DNA of 64,000 nt from Verrucomicrobiota bacterium. GTDB taxonomy: Bacteria > Verrucomicrobiota > Verrucomicrobiia > Limisphaerales > Palsa-1400. The DNA lies in NCBI GenBank assembly GCA_049510745.1, contig JBEKYR010000008.1, positions 96,001-160,000 of the forward strand, read 5' to 3'. The stretch's first letter is position 1; each line of letters starts with the position of its first letter. Shown piece by piece: positions 9,681 to 19,944 of the stretch. The position numbers and the translations under genes were made by a program. Under the pieces are notes generated by a model. It was given only the letters and a program-made list of their open reading frames with translations, had not been told where the DNA came from and ran no database searches.

Positions 9681-12638
9681 ATGTCCGCACCGCCACGCGC
9701 CTGCATTCGCCTCCGGGGAGTGCGGCAAAACAACCTGAAAAACGTCGATCTGGACCTGCCGCTGCGCCAATTGGTCGTCCTGGCTGGTTTAAGCGGCTCC
9801 GGCAAGAGTTCGCTGGCATTCGACACCCTTTTTGCCGAGGGACAACGCCGCTATATCGAAACCTTTTCCCCATACGCCCGCCAGTTTCTGGACCGGATGG
9901 ACAAGCCGCAGGCCGACAGCATCGAAGGCATTCCCCCCGCCATCGCCATCGAGCAGCGCAACACGGTCAAATCCACCCGCTCGACGGTCGGAACGATGAC
10001 GGAAATCACCGATTTCAGCAAGTCATTCTGGCCGCAGGTGGCGCAACTTTACTGCCGCAATTGCGGCCAGCCGGTGCAAAAGGACACGCCCGCCCAAATC
10101 TGGTCCGCCACGCGCGCCAAGCTGGGAGAGGCCGAGGTCCTGGTGACTTTTGACCTGGCCCTGAGCGCGAAGTTTTCGATGGAAGACTCGCTGGCGCTGG
10201 TCGCCCGCCAAGGCTACCGGCGGCTCTTGCTGGAAGGGGCCGTCATCCCGTTGGAGGAAGCCGCCAGCCGGCTGAAATCTGCGCCGGGGGCGTCTCTGAC
10301 AGTCCTCCAGGACCGTGTCAAGTTAAGCGGGCCGAACCGGGCGCGCTTTGTGGAAGCCTGCGAGCAAGCCTATCATTTTGGCCAGGGCAAACTGGCGGCG
10401 CGGCCGGTCCCGCTGGGCGCCCCGGAGGCGGCCGCTCCGCTGCTCCTGTTTTCCCGCGGATGGCACTGCGCCCAGTGCGACATCGAATATAGGGAACCGG
10501 CGCCGGCCATGTTCAGTTTCAATCATCCCCTGGGCGCCTGCCCGGCCTGCCGCGGGTTCGGACGCATCATCGCCATCGACTATGAGGCGGCCATTCCCGA
10601 CGAGGCGAAGAGCCTGGCCGGCGGAGCGGTCAAACCGTGGCAAACCCCCGCCAACGCGGAATGTCAAGACGATTTAATGAGGTTCGCCCGCCGGCGCAAT
10701 GTGCCGGTCGATGTCCCCTTTGCCGAGCTGCCCCGCGAGTGCCGCGATTGGGTCATCGAAGGCGACCCCGGTTACGGCCAGGATGCCGCCCACCAGTGGC
10801 CGCGCGCCTGGTACGGAGTCAAGGGTTACTTCCGCTGGCTGGAATCCAGGGCCTACAAAATGCACGTCCGCGTGGCGCTCTCGCGTTACCGGATTTACAA
10901 AATCTGCCCCGACTGCCAGGGGACCCGGTTCCGCCCCGAACCGCTGCTTTACCGCGCCGGCGGGCTTACCCTGGCCGAGTTTTACCGCTTGCCGGTCCGC
11001 CGGGCGCTGGAGTTCATCGACTCTCTGCTGGCGGGGTGGAAGCGGCCAAACACCCCGGACCCGGTGGCCCTGGCACTGGGCGAAGTGCGCTCGCGCCTGG
11101 CTTATCTGGAGGGGGCCGGCCTGGGTTACTTGAGCCTGGACCGCGCCACCCGCTCGCTTTCCGGCGGAGAAACGGAGCGGGTCAACCTCACCGCCTGCCT
11201 CGGCTCGCGTCTTGTCAATACTCTGTTTGTTCTGGATGAGCCGAGCGTCGGGTTGCATCCGCGCGACACCGCCCGCCTGGTGCGCCTGGTCCGGCAATTG
11301 CGCGACGCCGGCAACACGGTGGTGGTCGTCGAGCACGAGGCCAGCGTCATGCGGGCCGCCGACCAGATCGTCGAGTTAGGCCCGGGTCATGGCGAATCCG
11401 GCGGGGAAATTGTTTTCCAGGGGACCTGCCGCGAGATTTTGCGGGCGCCAAAGTCGTTGACCGGCGCCTACCTCTCCGGACGCAGGCAGATTGAAGTTCC
11501 GCGCCGGCGTCCGGTGGATTTGAAGGGCGGGAGCAGATTGGCGTTGCGCCACGCCACCCTGCACAATTTGCGCGATCTCACCGTCGAAATTCCGTTGGGC
11601 CGCCTGGTGGGAGTCACCGGGGTGAGCGGGTCGGGCAAAAGCACGCTGATTACCGAGCTGCTGGCGCCGGCTCTCGCGGCCAGGTTGCAACCCGGCGCGG
11701 CCGCCGCGGCGGAGGAAAGCGATGACGAGGTGGCGGACGAAGCCGGTTTGCGGGGTTCGCGTGGCTCCGGGCCAATCGTTGAAGGGCACGAAAACCTCGG
11801 CCGGGTCGTTGCGGTGACCCAATCGCTTCTGGGCCGCACCCCTCGTTCCAATCCGGCGGTGTATATCGGGGCATTCGATGAAATCCGCGCCTTTTTCGCG
11901 CAAACGGATGCCGCCCGACAAAGGGGCCTCGGCCCCAGCGCGTTCAGCTTCAATTCCGCCCAAGGCCAATGCGAGCGGTGCCGCGGGGCCGGCTTTGAGA
12001 AGATCGAAATGCAGTTTCTGAGCGATGTCTTCGTTCGATGTCCCGAATGCAACAGCCGCCGTTACCGGGCGCATATCCTGGAGGTCGAAGCCACGCGGCC
12101 CGCCTCATCGCCGCGGCAAAGCTGGAGCATCGCCGACCTGTTGGAGGCGACGGTGGATGAGGCTGTCGGTTTTTTGGGCGCATTTTCCGGATGCCGCCCC
12201 GCCGCCAGGGCGGTGGAGAGTTTGAAATGGTTGCAGGAGGCCGGCTTGGGGTATCTCCGGCTTGGCCAGCCCATCAATACCCTCTCGGGCGGCGAGAGTC
12301 AGCGGCTTAAACTGGTGAAGCATCTGGCGGAGGCCGGCCAAAACGCAGGGGGGCCAGCAGGCAAACCGATTCTCTTTATCTTCGACGAACCGACGACCGG
12401 CCTCCATTTCGACGATGTCCGCATTCTCCTGGCAGTGTTCCAGCGCCTGGTGGATGGGGGCCATTCTGTCCTGGTTATCGAGCACAATCTGGATGTCATC
12501 AAGTCCGCGGACTGGCTCATCGACCTTGGGCCGGAGGCGGGAGAAGAAGGCGGGCGGATAGTGGTCCAAGGAACGCCCGAAGAAGTGGCGGCTTGCGGCA
12601 TCAGCCATACCGGGCAGGCGCTGGCCGGGACGTTATAA
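9681..12638 (+). CDS. uvrA: UvrA-family excinuclease ATPase, resembling the first half of double-length UvrA
   Basis: ATG at 9681 (MSAPPRACIRLRGVRQNNLKN), two Walker A motifs, LSGGE twice, 'YARQFLDRMDKP' and 'WLESRAYKMHVRV'. Confidence 0.9.
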   Translation: MSAPPRACIRLRGVRQNNLKNVDLDLPLRQLVVLAGLSGSGKSSLAFDTLFAEGQRRYIETFSPYARQFLDRMDKPQADSIEGIPPAIAIEQRNTVKSTRSTVGTMTEITDFSKSFWPQVAQLYCRNCGQPVQKDTPAQIWSATRAKLGEAEVLVTFDLALSAKFSMEDSLALVARQGYRRLLLEGAVIPLEEAASRLKSAPGASLTVLQDRVKLSGPNRARFVEACEQAYHFGQGKLAARPVPLGAPEAAAPLLLFSRGWHCAQCDIEYREPAPAMFSFNHPLGACPACRGFGRIIAIDYEAAIPDEAKSLAGGAVKPWQTPANAECQDDLMRFARRRNVPVDVPFAELPRECRDWVIEGDPGYGQDAAHQWPRAWYGVKGYFRWLESRAYKMHVRVALSRYRIYKICPDCQGTRFRPEPLLYRAGGLTLAEFYRLPVRRALEFIDSLLAGWKRPNTPDPVALALGEVRSRLAYLEGAGLGYLSLDRATRSLSGGETERVNLTACLGSRLVNTLFVLDEPSVGLHPRDTARLVRLVRQLRDAGNTVVVVEHEASVMRAADQIVELGPGHGESGGEIVFQGTCREILRAPKSLTGAYLSGRRQIEVPRRRPVDLKGGSRLALRHATLHNLRDLTVEIPLGRLVGVTGVSGSGKSTLITELLAPALAARLQPGAAAAAEESDDEVADEAGLRGSRGSGPIVEGHENLGRVVAVTQSLLGRTPRSNPAVYIGAFDEIRAFFAQTDAARQRGLGPSAFSFNSAQGQCERCRGAGFEKIEMQFLSDVFVRCPECNSRRYRAHILEVEATRPASSPRQSWSIADLLEATVDEAVGFLGAFSGCRPAARAVESLKWLQEAGLGYLRLGQPINTLSGGESQRLKLVKHLAEAGQNAGGPAGKPILFIFDEPTTGLHFDDVRILLAVFQRLVDGGHSVLVIEHNLDVIKSADWLIDLGPEAGEEGGRIVVQGTPEEVAACGISHTGQALAGTL

Positions 12639-12757
12639 AGTAAAGTGCCATTCGGGAGGCATTTGCCGGGCTAATGTTTGGTCAATTTGCAAGTTTCATC
12701 GGATTAAGCACTTACAATTTATTCATTAAAAATTGCGCAAAATCTGTCGGTCTTCCT

Positions 12758-12785
12758 TTGACAGAAACGCTTACTTATGTATTCT
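12758..12785 (+). promoter_or_regulatory. Candidate sigma70 promoter for rpoD
   Basis: TTGACA-16 nt-TATTCT in an AT-rich intergenic region. Confidence 0.5.
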
Positions 12786-12916
12786 AAGGCGGCACGGGCT
12801 TCAAATTTCGATTAGCGCGAAAAAGTAACCGAAAAAAGAGGCGCCGTGCCTTTCAAATCGGCCAATATGCCGTAGGTTTGAATGAACCTTAACGTTGCAA
12901 TGGTGTCCGAGTTAAT

Positions 12917-14770
12917 ATGTTGCGAAACAGAGTTTATGGGGTAAACAGCCCAAAAGCAGCGCCCAAAGCGGCGCCTGGATTGAAGAAAGGCGCCAAGGAG
13001 GCGCGTTTTACCCTTCAATCCCAGACGCATGACAAGGCTGCGCCCCGCAAAAATGGCTCCTCCGCCGCGGGGGGAGGCTTGCAGCCGCCCCAGCCGGCCA
13101 CGCCGGCTTTGGCCGTCTCCCATCTGCCGGCCACGATTGATTCGCCTGTCGTGGCCGATAAAGTCAACGAATTGCTGCGTTTGGCCCAGGAACAGGGCTA
13201 CTTGACTTACGACGACATTAACGACGCTTTGCCCGATGAATTTGTCACGCCGGAACTGCTCGACGCCATCTATTCCAAGTTGCGCGGATTCGAGGTCGAA
13301 ATTGTCGAGGCGCCCGATTTGGAGCGGGCCAAACCGCAGGCCGAGCCGGAGGAAGAAGACGAGAGCCGCCTGGACATCCTGGACGACCCCGTCCAGATGT
13401 ATCTCCGGCAAATGGGCAAAGTCCCTCTCCTGACCCGCGAGCAGGAAGTCCAGATTTGCAAGCGAATCGAGGAAGGCGAAACCGAAGGGCGCCGCATCCT
13501 CTTTGGTTTCGGGTTCACCGGCAAGGAACACATTGCGCTGGCCGAAAAACTCTTGTGCGATCCGCCCCGCGAACGCTTCGACCGCGTCATTGTCGATAAG
13601 AAAGTCGAAAGCCGCGCCTCGCATCTGAGCGCGTTGCGGCGCCTCATCAAACGCACCCGCGCCCTGGACCAACAACTGGACAAGGCTTACGACCAGATTT
13701 ACGCGGCCCGCGGGAAAGGCCCGACGCCCCAGACTTTGGCCAAGTACCAAAGGCTGCAAAAGGCCCTGCAAGCCACCTTCCCCAAGTTCTATTACAAGCC
13801 CAAGGTGGCGGAGGAAATCATGGCCGTCTCCCACAACGTCGCCGACCAGATCAAATCCACGCTGCGCGCGACCGAGGCGCTGCAACAGCATCGCAAATCC
13901 GCCTCGAACACCGCCCAGCTGGCCGCCGAACGCCAGAAGCTGGCCGCCTTGGAGAAATTTGTCCGCCTGCCGCGCGATCAATTCCTGGTCGCGCACGAGG
14001 CCATGAAAAAAGCGGCCGGGCGGGCCGACGAAGCCAAGTGCGAAATGGCGGCGGCCAATCTGCGCCTGGTCATTTCCATCGCCAAGAAGCACACCAACCG
14101 CGGCCTCTCCTTTTTGGACCTCATCCAGGAAGGCAACATGGGCCTGATGAAAGGCGTCGAGAAATTCGAGTACCAGCGCGGTTACAAGTTTTCCACCTAC
14201 GCCATTTGGTGGATTCGCCAGGCCATCACCCGCGCCGTGGCCGATCAAGCCCGCACCGTCCGCATCCCGGTCCACATGATCGAAGTCATCAACCGCCTGA
14301 TGCGCGTGCAGAAGCGCCTCATGCAGGAGTTGGGCCGCGAAGCGGAGCCGGAGGAAATTGCCGATGAATTGAACCTCCCGGTCGAGAGGGTGCGTTCCAT
14401 CCTGAAAATGGCCCAGCAATCCGTCTCGTTGCAGGCGCCGGTCGGCGACGGGGACGACGCCAGCGTCGGCGATTTCATCGAAGACAAGAAAGCCGCCAAC
14501 CCGTCCGATGTGACCAGCTACAGCCTGCTCAAAGACACGTTGGGCGATGTGCTGGCGACGTTGACCGAGCGCGAGCGCAAGATCGTCGAAATGCGTTTCG
14601 GCCTGGTGGACGGCTACGAACGGACCCTGGAAGAAATCGGCCGTCAGTACAATGTGACCCGCGAGCGCATCCGCCAGATCGAAGCCAAAGCCCTGCGCAA
14701 AATGCGGCATCCGACCCGCCTGCGCCACCTGCAAGGCTTCCTCGACAGCGAAGAAACGATCTTCCAGTAA
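12917..14770 (+). CDS. rpoD: RNA polymerase sigma70 factor, RpoD type (start uncertain)
   Basis: Region 1.1 '[14 protein letters not shown]', 1.2 '[12 protein letters not shown]', region 2 '[12 protein letters not shown]...[12 protein letters not shown]', region 4 'TLEEIG...[16 protein letters not shown]'. Confidence 0.92.
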   Translation: MLRNRVYGVNSPKAAPKAAPGLKKGAKEARFTLQSQTHDKAAPRKNGSSAAGGGLQPPQPATPALAVSHLPATIDSPVVADKVNELLRLAQEQGYLTYDDINDALPDEFVTPELLDAIYSKLRGFEVEIVEAPDLERAKPQAEPEEEDESRLDILDDPVQMYLRQMGKVPLLTREQEVQICKRIEEGETEGRRILFGFGFTGKEHIALAEKLLCDPPRERFDRVIVDKKVESRASHLSALRRLIKRTRALDQQLDKAYDQIYAARGKGPTPQTLAKYQRLQKALQATFPKFYYKPKVAEEIMAVSHNVADQIKSTLRATEALQQHRKSASNTAQLAAERQKLAALEKFVRLPRDQFLVAHEAMKKAAGRADEAKCEMAAANLRLVISIAKKHTNRGLSFLDLIQEGNMGLMKGVEKFEYQRGYKFSTYAIWWIRQAITRAVADQARTVRIPVHMIEVINRLMRVQKRLMQELGREAEPEEIADELNLPVERVRSILKMAQQSVSLQAPVGDGDDASVGDFIEDKKAANPSDVTSYSLLKDTLGDVLATLTERERKIVEMRFGLVDGYERTLEEIGRQYNVTRERIRQIEAKALRKMRHPTRLRHLQGFLDSEETIFQ

Positions 14771-14794
14771 GATGGCACCTCTGAGGGGCGCGCC

Positions 14795-15277
14795 ATGTAT
14801 GCGCGAGCATTCATTGCGTTTGTTGCCTTGCCCGGCGTGGTCGCCGGAGTGGTGCCCGCTTTGCTTGCGTCGGCAGATACGCACCGCCGCGGCGGCCTGG
14901 CTTTCGGTTTCGTATTGCTGGTGCTCGGTCTTGTTCTTCTCCTTTTGTGCGTGAGAGATTTCTTCGTCTCAGGGAGAGGGACGCTCGCGCCCTGGGACCC
15001 GCCAAAACGCTTGGTCGTAGTCGGACTTTACCGGTTTGTGCGCAATCCCATGTATATCGCTGTTCTGGCGCTGCTGGTGGGTTGGTGTCTGGCTGCCGGG
15101 TCTCGTTTGCTTGCGGGGTATGCGGCTGTGGTGGCGCTCGCGTTCCACCTCCGCGTGATCTATCATGAAGAGCCTTGGCTGCGGCGGCAATTCGGAGCCG
15201 AATGGGAGGCTTATTCCGCATCTGTCCCGCGCTGGCTTCCTCGTTTGCATCCGTGGAGCTGTGACAAGCGCACCTGA
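14795..15277 (+). CDS. Isoprenylcysteine carboxyl methyltransferase/PEMT family membrane protein
   Basis: 'GTLAPWDPPKRLVVVGLYRFVRNPMY' and 'EEPWLRRQFG...Y...VPRW'. Confidence 0.85.
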   Translation: MYARAFIAFVALPGVVAGVVPALLASADTHRRGGLAFGFVLLVLGLVLLLLCVRDFFVSGRGTLAPWDPPKRLVVVGLYRFVRNPMYIAVLALLVGWCLAAGSRLLAGYAAVVALAFHLRVIYHEEPWLRRQFGAEWEAYSASVPRWLPRLHPWSCDKRT

Positions 15278-15453
15278 CCTTTCCGCGCGCGGCGCGCCGC
15301 CGCACCGCAGTGCCTTCGCCTTTCGCAAGGCGGCTTTTGCCAACAGGCCCATCGCCAAGCTGGGGCTTGCAAAAAAAACGCCGAATAGGACTTTACAGGG
15401 GCGGCGGTCGAATTTAAACTGCGGGTTCATAAAAGAACTGATCGAATAGAAAT

Positions 15454-15708
15454 ATGGAAAAAGGCAAGACGATTGCAGGATTCCGATTGCACGAGAGCGA
15501 CACAGGGTCCGCTGACGTGCAAGTGGCCCTTTTGACCGAACGCATAAATCATCTGACCGACCATCTGCAAAAAAATATCAAGGACCACAGCTCCCGCCGT
15601 GGCCTGCTGAAAATGGTCGGCCAGCGGCGCCGATTGCTGGATTATCTCCATTCAACCGACCTGGCGCGTTACCAAACGGTCACCAAGAAGCTCAAGCTCC
15701 GGCACTGA
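15454..15708 (+). CDS. rpsO: 30S ribosomal protein S15
   Basis: '[22 protein letters not shown]...[23 protein letters not shown]'. Confidence 0.98.
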   Translation: MEKGKTIAGFRLHESDTGSADVQVALLTERINHLTDHLQKNIKDHSSRRGLLKMVGQRRRLLDYLHSTDLARYQTVTKKLKLRH

Positions 15709-15836
15709 CAGTCTTTTCTCTGGGAAGGTTCTATCCTCGACCACGGACGTGGTCCGATCAGTTTCGTCGGCCCGGAAACGCGAACGGTCCGATGGGCAAG
15801 AGTAACTTCGCGGAAATGAGTTCCGCTGAATCGAGA

Positions 15837-15901
15837 AATTTCAATCAGCACCGGTCGGGGCGCGCGGGCGGGGCGCCGGCGTCCCGGTTTTGATTGAAGT
15901 T
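15837..15901 (+). promoter_or_regulatory. Long stem-loop in the pnp leader
   Basis: AATTTCAATCA..ACCGG pairs with CCGGT..TGATTGAAGTT, about 40 nt before the pnp start. Confidence 0.5.
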
Positions 15902-15939
15902 CCTCCACGTCAGCGGGTCGATAACAGTACAGTTCATTT

Positions 15940-18072
15940 ATGGCAGAAAGAGTCACAGCCCTCGTCGGGGGGCATCAAATCATCATCGAAACCGGCAAAT
16001 TGGCAAATCAAGCGGACGGCGCCGTCACCGTGCAACTGGGAGAAACCATTGTCCTGGTCGCGGCCGTGGCGGCCAGCAAGGCGAAAGCGGGCCAGGAATT
16101 TTTCCCATTGACGGTCGATTACCGAGAAAAGGCGGCGGCGGCGGGCAAGTTCCCGGGCGGCTACTTCAAACGCGAAGGCCGGCCCACCGAGAAGGAAATC
16201 CTCACCAGCCGCCTGACCGACCGCCCCATCCGCCCGCTCTTCCCCAAAGGGTGGTTCAACGAAGTCCAGGTGCAGAGCGTGCTGTTGAGCGCCGATGGCG
16301 AAAATGATTCCGACATCCTGACCATTCTGGGCGCTTCGGCGGCGCTGACCGTCAGCGACATTCCCTGGGAGGGGCCGCTGGGCGCCGTGCGCATTGGCCG
16401 GCTGAAGGGACAGTTCGTGGCCAATCCGACCCACAGCCAGATGCGCGACAGCGACCTGGACCTGATCTACGTGGGCAACACCGCTGACACGGTCATGTTC
16501 GAGGGCGCGGCCAAGGAAATTTCCGACGCGGATTTTGTCGCCGCGCTCAAATTCGGCCACGACTGCTGCCAGCCTCTGATCCAGGCGCAACAGGAATTGG
16601 CCGCGCGCGCCGCCAGGAAGAAGCGCGACATTACCGTCAGCGTCGTGCCCGAGGACGTCTTGGCAGAAGCCAAGAAGCTGGCGGGCGATCGGCTGGTTCC
16701 CGCGCTCCTGACCCACAAGAAACTCGAGCGCGAGGCCGAGGTCAAAGCCGTCATGGACGAAATCGGGGCGAAGCTGGTGGAAAAATTCGGCGCGGAGAAG
16801 GTGACCGAAAACGTGCTCAGAGAGGCGTTCTATTATATCCAGAAGGAAACCGTGCGCGGCTTGATCATGAACGAGAACAAGCGTCTGGATGGCCGCGGTT
16901 TTGATGTCGTCCGCCCCATTACGTGCGAGGTGGGCCTGTTGCCGCGGGCGCACGGCTCGGCGTTGTTCAGCCGCGGGGAAACGCAGGCGATCGCGCTGGT
17001 CACGCTCGGCACGACCGAGGACGCGCAGGAATTTGATTCCTACACCGGCGGCGAAACGGAGAAGAAATTCATCCTCCATTACAATTTCCCCACCTACTCC
17101 GTGGGCGAAACCGGGCGCATCAGCGGCCCGGGCCGGCGGGAGATCGGCCACGGCGCGCTGGCCGAGCGGTCGCTGGAACCGATGCTGCCGCTGGAGACGT
17201 ATCCTTACGCCGTGCGGGTGACGGCCGAGATCATGGAGTCCAACGGCTCGACCTCGATGGCCTCCGTCTGCGGCGGGACGCTGGCGCTGATGGATGCGGG
17301 CGTGCCCATGGCGCGGCCCGTGGCGGGCATCAGCATCGGCATCTGCACCGAGCACGACGAGAAGGACAAAATCTCCGCTTACAAATTGTTGACCGACATC
17401 ATCGGCTGGGAGGACGCGTTTTGCGACATGGATTGCAAGATCGCGGGGACGGAAAAGGGCATCACCGGGTTTCAACTGGACCTGAAGCTGCGCGGGCTGC
17501 CCATCGCCATCATTGGCGAGGCCCTGGAGAAGGCGCGCGTGGCCCGGCTGGACATCCTGAAGATCATGGCCGGGACTCTGGCCGCGCCGCGCCCGGAGAT
17601 GAGCAAGTACGCGCCGCGCATCGTCCAGGTCAAGATCAACCCGGAGAAGATCGGGGCGCTCATCGGCCCCGGCGGCAAGAACATCAAGCGCCTGGTCGAG
17701 GAATCCGGCTGCGAGATCAACATCGACGACGACGGCACGGTCAACATCTATTCCGTCTCGGCGGAAGGGATGAAGATCGCGCGCGACGCCATCGAGGGGA
17801 TGACGGCGGAGGCGGAAATCGGCAAGCTCTATCGGGGCAAGGTGGTGACGATCAAGGAATTCGGGGCGTTTGTCGAGTTCCTGCCGGGCCGGGACGGCCT
17901 GGTGCATATCAGCGAACTGGCCAATTTCCGTGTCAAGCAGACCGAAGACATTGTCAAGATGGGCGACGAAATCTGGGTCAAGTGCCTGGGCGTCGATGAA
18001 AAAGGCCGCGTGCGGCTGTCGCGCAAAGCGGCGATGGAAGAGCGCGAGCGCGAAATGGCGCCGAAGACCTGA
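15940..18072 (+). CDS. pnp: Polyribonucleotide nucleotidyltransferase (PNPase)
   Basis: '[10 protein letters not shown]', '[10 protein letters not shown]', '[12 protein letters not shown]', KH and S1 domains; lies after rpsO. Confidence 0.98.
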   Translation: MAERVTALVGGHQIIIETGKLANQADGAVTVQLGETIVLVAAVAASKAKAGQEFFPLTVDYREKAAAAGKFPGGYFKREGRPTEKEILTSRLTDRPIRPLFPKGWFNEVQVQSVLLSADGENDSDILTILGASAALTVSDIPWEGPLGAVRIGRLKGQFVANPTHSQMRDSDLDLIYVGNTADTVMFEGAAKEISDADFVAALKFGHDCCQPLIQAQQELAARAARKKRDITVSVVPEDVLAEAKKLAGDRLVPALLTHKKLEREAEVKAVMDEIGAKLVEKFGAEKVTENVLREAFYYIQKETVRGLIMNENKRLDGRGFDVVRPITCEVGLLPRAHGSALFSRGETQAIALVTLGTTEDAQEFDSYTGGETEKKFILHYNFPTYSVGETGRISGPGRREIGHGALAERSLEPMLPLETYPYAVRVTAEIMESNGSTSMASVCGGTLALMDAGVPMARPVAGISIGICTEHDEKDKISAYKLLTDIIGWEDAFCDMDCKIAGTEKGITGFQLDLKLRGLPIAIIGEALEKARVARLDILKIMAGTLAAPRPEMSKYAPRIVQVKINPEKIGALIGPGGKNIKRLVEESGCEINIDDDGTVNIYSVSAEGMKIARDAIEGMTAEAEIGKLYRGKVVTIKEFGAFVEFLPGRDGLVHISELANFRVKQTEDIVKMGDEIWVKCLGVDEKGRVRLSRKAAMEEREREMAPKT

Positions 18073-18085
18073 GATTGAGCCGGGT

Positions 18086-18240
18086 CCCAAATCCTCGCCC
18101 AACGCGGCCTTACCGCCGAGCGATGACCTATACAAATTGGATGGGAGAGCGAAGAAGCGGTCGGCGGGGGCGCCGACCGCCCCACGCGAGGGCGCATGCG
18201 CTCCCCGGGATGTACTGCAACGGTTCTTCGGCATCTTCGG
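18086..18240 (+). repeat. ~150-bp REPIN/MITE-like element, copy 1 (right end degenerate)
   Basis: CCCAAATCCT...AACGCGGCCTTACCGCCGAGCGATGACCTATAC...double hairpin...GATGTACTGCAACGGTTCTT, shared with the copies at 20453, 33250 and 44729. Confidence 0.9.
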
Positions 18241-18336
18241 AGTTTCCTCCACTTTTTCGGACGGTTGGGGGGTGCCCAGATGTTCTTCTGGTCGGATTCG
18301 GTCGGGCCAAGCCCCCCCTCCCCCCCTTGTCGTGGG

Positions 18337-18373
18337 GTCTGATTTAGTTTGATTTAGTCTGATTTAGTTTGAT
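18337..18373 (-). repeat. 10-nt-period tandem array (ATCARACTAA)n
   Basis: gtct gatttagttt gatttagtct gatttagttt gat, lying just downstream of ORF 18419-19036. Confidence 0.85.
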
Positions 18374-18418
18374 AAAGCATGGTTGGGAACCGCCGCGGAG
18401 GCGGCTTTTCCCGGTTCT

Positions 18419-19036
18419 TCACGCGATTTCAAGAAGCTCCTTGAGGCGCCTTTGCTTGTCTTCCTCGGTGAGAGGGGGCGGGTGCAGTTTGGCTTGATTG
18501 ACTGCCTTTTTGCCCCACTTGACGAACTGCTTTTCGCGTTCGGCCAAGGCGTTGTCGCGCTGGAATTTGAGGCGCTCGCGCTCGAGTTGCACCCAGTCGG
18601 CAGCGTTGTCGGATCGGGAGAGGGTGGCCATTTGCGAGAACAACAAGCGCCAAAGGAGGCGCTTTTCGGGGCCGTCCTGGAGGGAATCGAGACGATGCAG
18701 TTCCAGGGCCAGGCGGGCGGCGCAGAAGGCGCGCAAGCGTTCGTTGAGGGGGCCTTTGGCCGCTTGGGCGAGTTCGGTGGTGCCCTCGATGAGGGAGAGG
18801 GCGGCGTCGGCAGCCTGGTTTTGGGCCAGCCAATCCCGGTAACCGCCCTGGGTCCACTCGGAAAGGTTCTGCGGGCTGATAGGCTGGCTTGCGAAATGGG
18901 CCTTCATTGCGGCCTGGACTGCGGGCTGGGAATTGAGCCATTGGACGAGGGACTCGCCTTTCTCGCCGTCTTGCAGGCGTTGGTTGAGCTGGTCGCGGAT
19001 GGCCAGGGGCAGCCGGGCGATTTTGCCGTTTCTCAT
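18419..19036 (-). CDS. Hypothetical protein resembling Mu gp27/DUF3486 (small-terminase-like)
   Basis: N-terminal 'GKIARLPLAIRDQLNQRLQDG...WLN...ISPQNLSEW' recalls the KxxxLPxxxRxxLxxxL start of DUF3486; coiled-coil-like tail; GGAGG RBS. Confidence 0.55.
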   Translation of the reverse strand: MRNGKIARLPLAIRDQLNQRLQDGEKGESLVQWLNSQPAVQAAMKAHFASQPISPQNLSEWTQGGYRDWLAQNQAADAALSLIEGTTELAQAAKGPLNERLRAFCAARLALELHRLDSLQDGPEKRLLWRLLFSQMATLSRSDNAADWVQLERERLKFQRDNALAEREKQFVKWGKKAVNQAKLHPPPLTEEDKQRRLKELLEIA

Positions 19037-19066
19037 GCCAACCTCCAGATATTAAAGTCTGAACGT

Positions 19067-19120
19067 ATCATGGCCGGATTTGAGCACCGTTCAGTCAAAA
19101 GGAAAAACCTACGGAAGGAA
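19067..19120 (-). promoter_or_regulatory. Conserved 54-nt upstream motif, copy A
   Basis: TTCCTTCCGTAGGTTTTTCCTTTTGACTGAACGGTGCTCAAATCCGGCCATGAT; gapless match to 36723-36776 and 57988-58041. Confidence 0.75.
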
Positions 19121-19122
19121 GG

Positions 19123-19465
19123 AAAGTGAATATAAGAATAAGTGAATCAGTGAATCAGTGAATGGATGCACACGGACGCTCACGGACGCACACGGACGCA
19201 CAGGGACGAAGGAAGAGATTGCCGCAAAGAGCGCAAAGAGCACAGAGATAAGGAGTTATGGATTTTTTGAGGGCCGCAGACCTGAACGTTTTCGGGGTGC
19301 AACAAAGTGAATATAAGAATGAGTGAATCAGTGAATCAGTGAATGGACGCACAGGGACGCACACGGACGAAGGAAGAGATTGCCGCAAGAGAGCGCAAAG
19401 AGCACATAGATAAGGAGTTATGGATTCTTTAAGGACCGCAGCCCCGAATGTTTTCGGGGTGCAAC
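19123..19465. repeat. Tandem duplication (181 bp + 162 bp) built from 8-, 9- and 10-mer microrepeats
   Basis: Units 19123-19303 and 19304-19465 both run AAAGTGAATATAAGAAT..(GTGAATCA)n..(GACGCACACG)n..GCAAAGAGCGCAAAGAGCAC..TTTTCGGGGTGCAAC. Confidence 0.9.
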
Positions 19466-19567
19466 ACGCAGAGCACGCAGAGGCGGCTGAAAGAGGAACT
19501 TTTTCCGCGAAACGCAGTTAAAAACACCGGAAACCGCAGCGCGGCCAGTTGCAATCAAAAAAAGACG

Positions 19568-19654
19568 GACAGGATGAACAGGATTAACAGGATTGAGAAC
19601 AGGTTCAGAAAAGAGAATTCCCCTCTTTATCCTGTGCATCTTGTTCATCCTGTC
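19568..19654. repeat. Inverted repeat made of 9-mer CAGGAT units
   Basis: GACAGGATGAACAGGATTAACAGGAT ... ATCCTGTGCATCTTGTTCATCCTGTC (23 of 26 positions match). Confidence 0.85.
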
Positions 19655-19944
19655 TGAAAATTTTGTCAATAAAACAAACTTTTTCAGGATAGCAGGACGA
19701 GGAATTTCGACCGGGGCAGTATGGGTGAGATGCTCACGCGTGTTGCCCATTTGTCTTTCTCCACGGCTCAAGCTTGCTCCTCGCTGAGGGGGGCGAAACT
19801 ACAGTTTGACCCGTTCGTATAACAAATACCAATTCCCTAGGCCCCTTCACCTTCACTGTCGAGATGCTCCGTCGCCGCAGTCACGCGGGACGAGATTCGA
19901 TCTAAACTATTACACCCCTTCACGTCTGAACCGCAACAGTGTCA

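Noticed and set aside
15395..15453. S15 autoregulatory leader
   Set aside because: Only weak short stems are visible; it cannot be supported without comparative analysis.
18075..18347. Small ORFs containing '[11 protein letters not shown]' at several loci
   Set aside because: These are translations of the 150-bp repeat; frames, starts and stops are not conserved between copies.
19123..19465. Possible CRISPR array
   Set aside because: Only two long units made of microrepeats, with no repeat-spacer periodicity and no cas genes.
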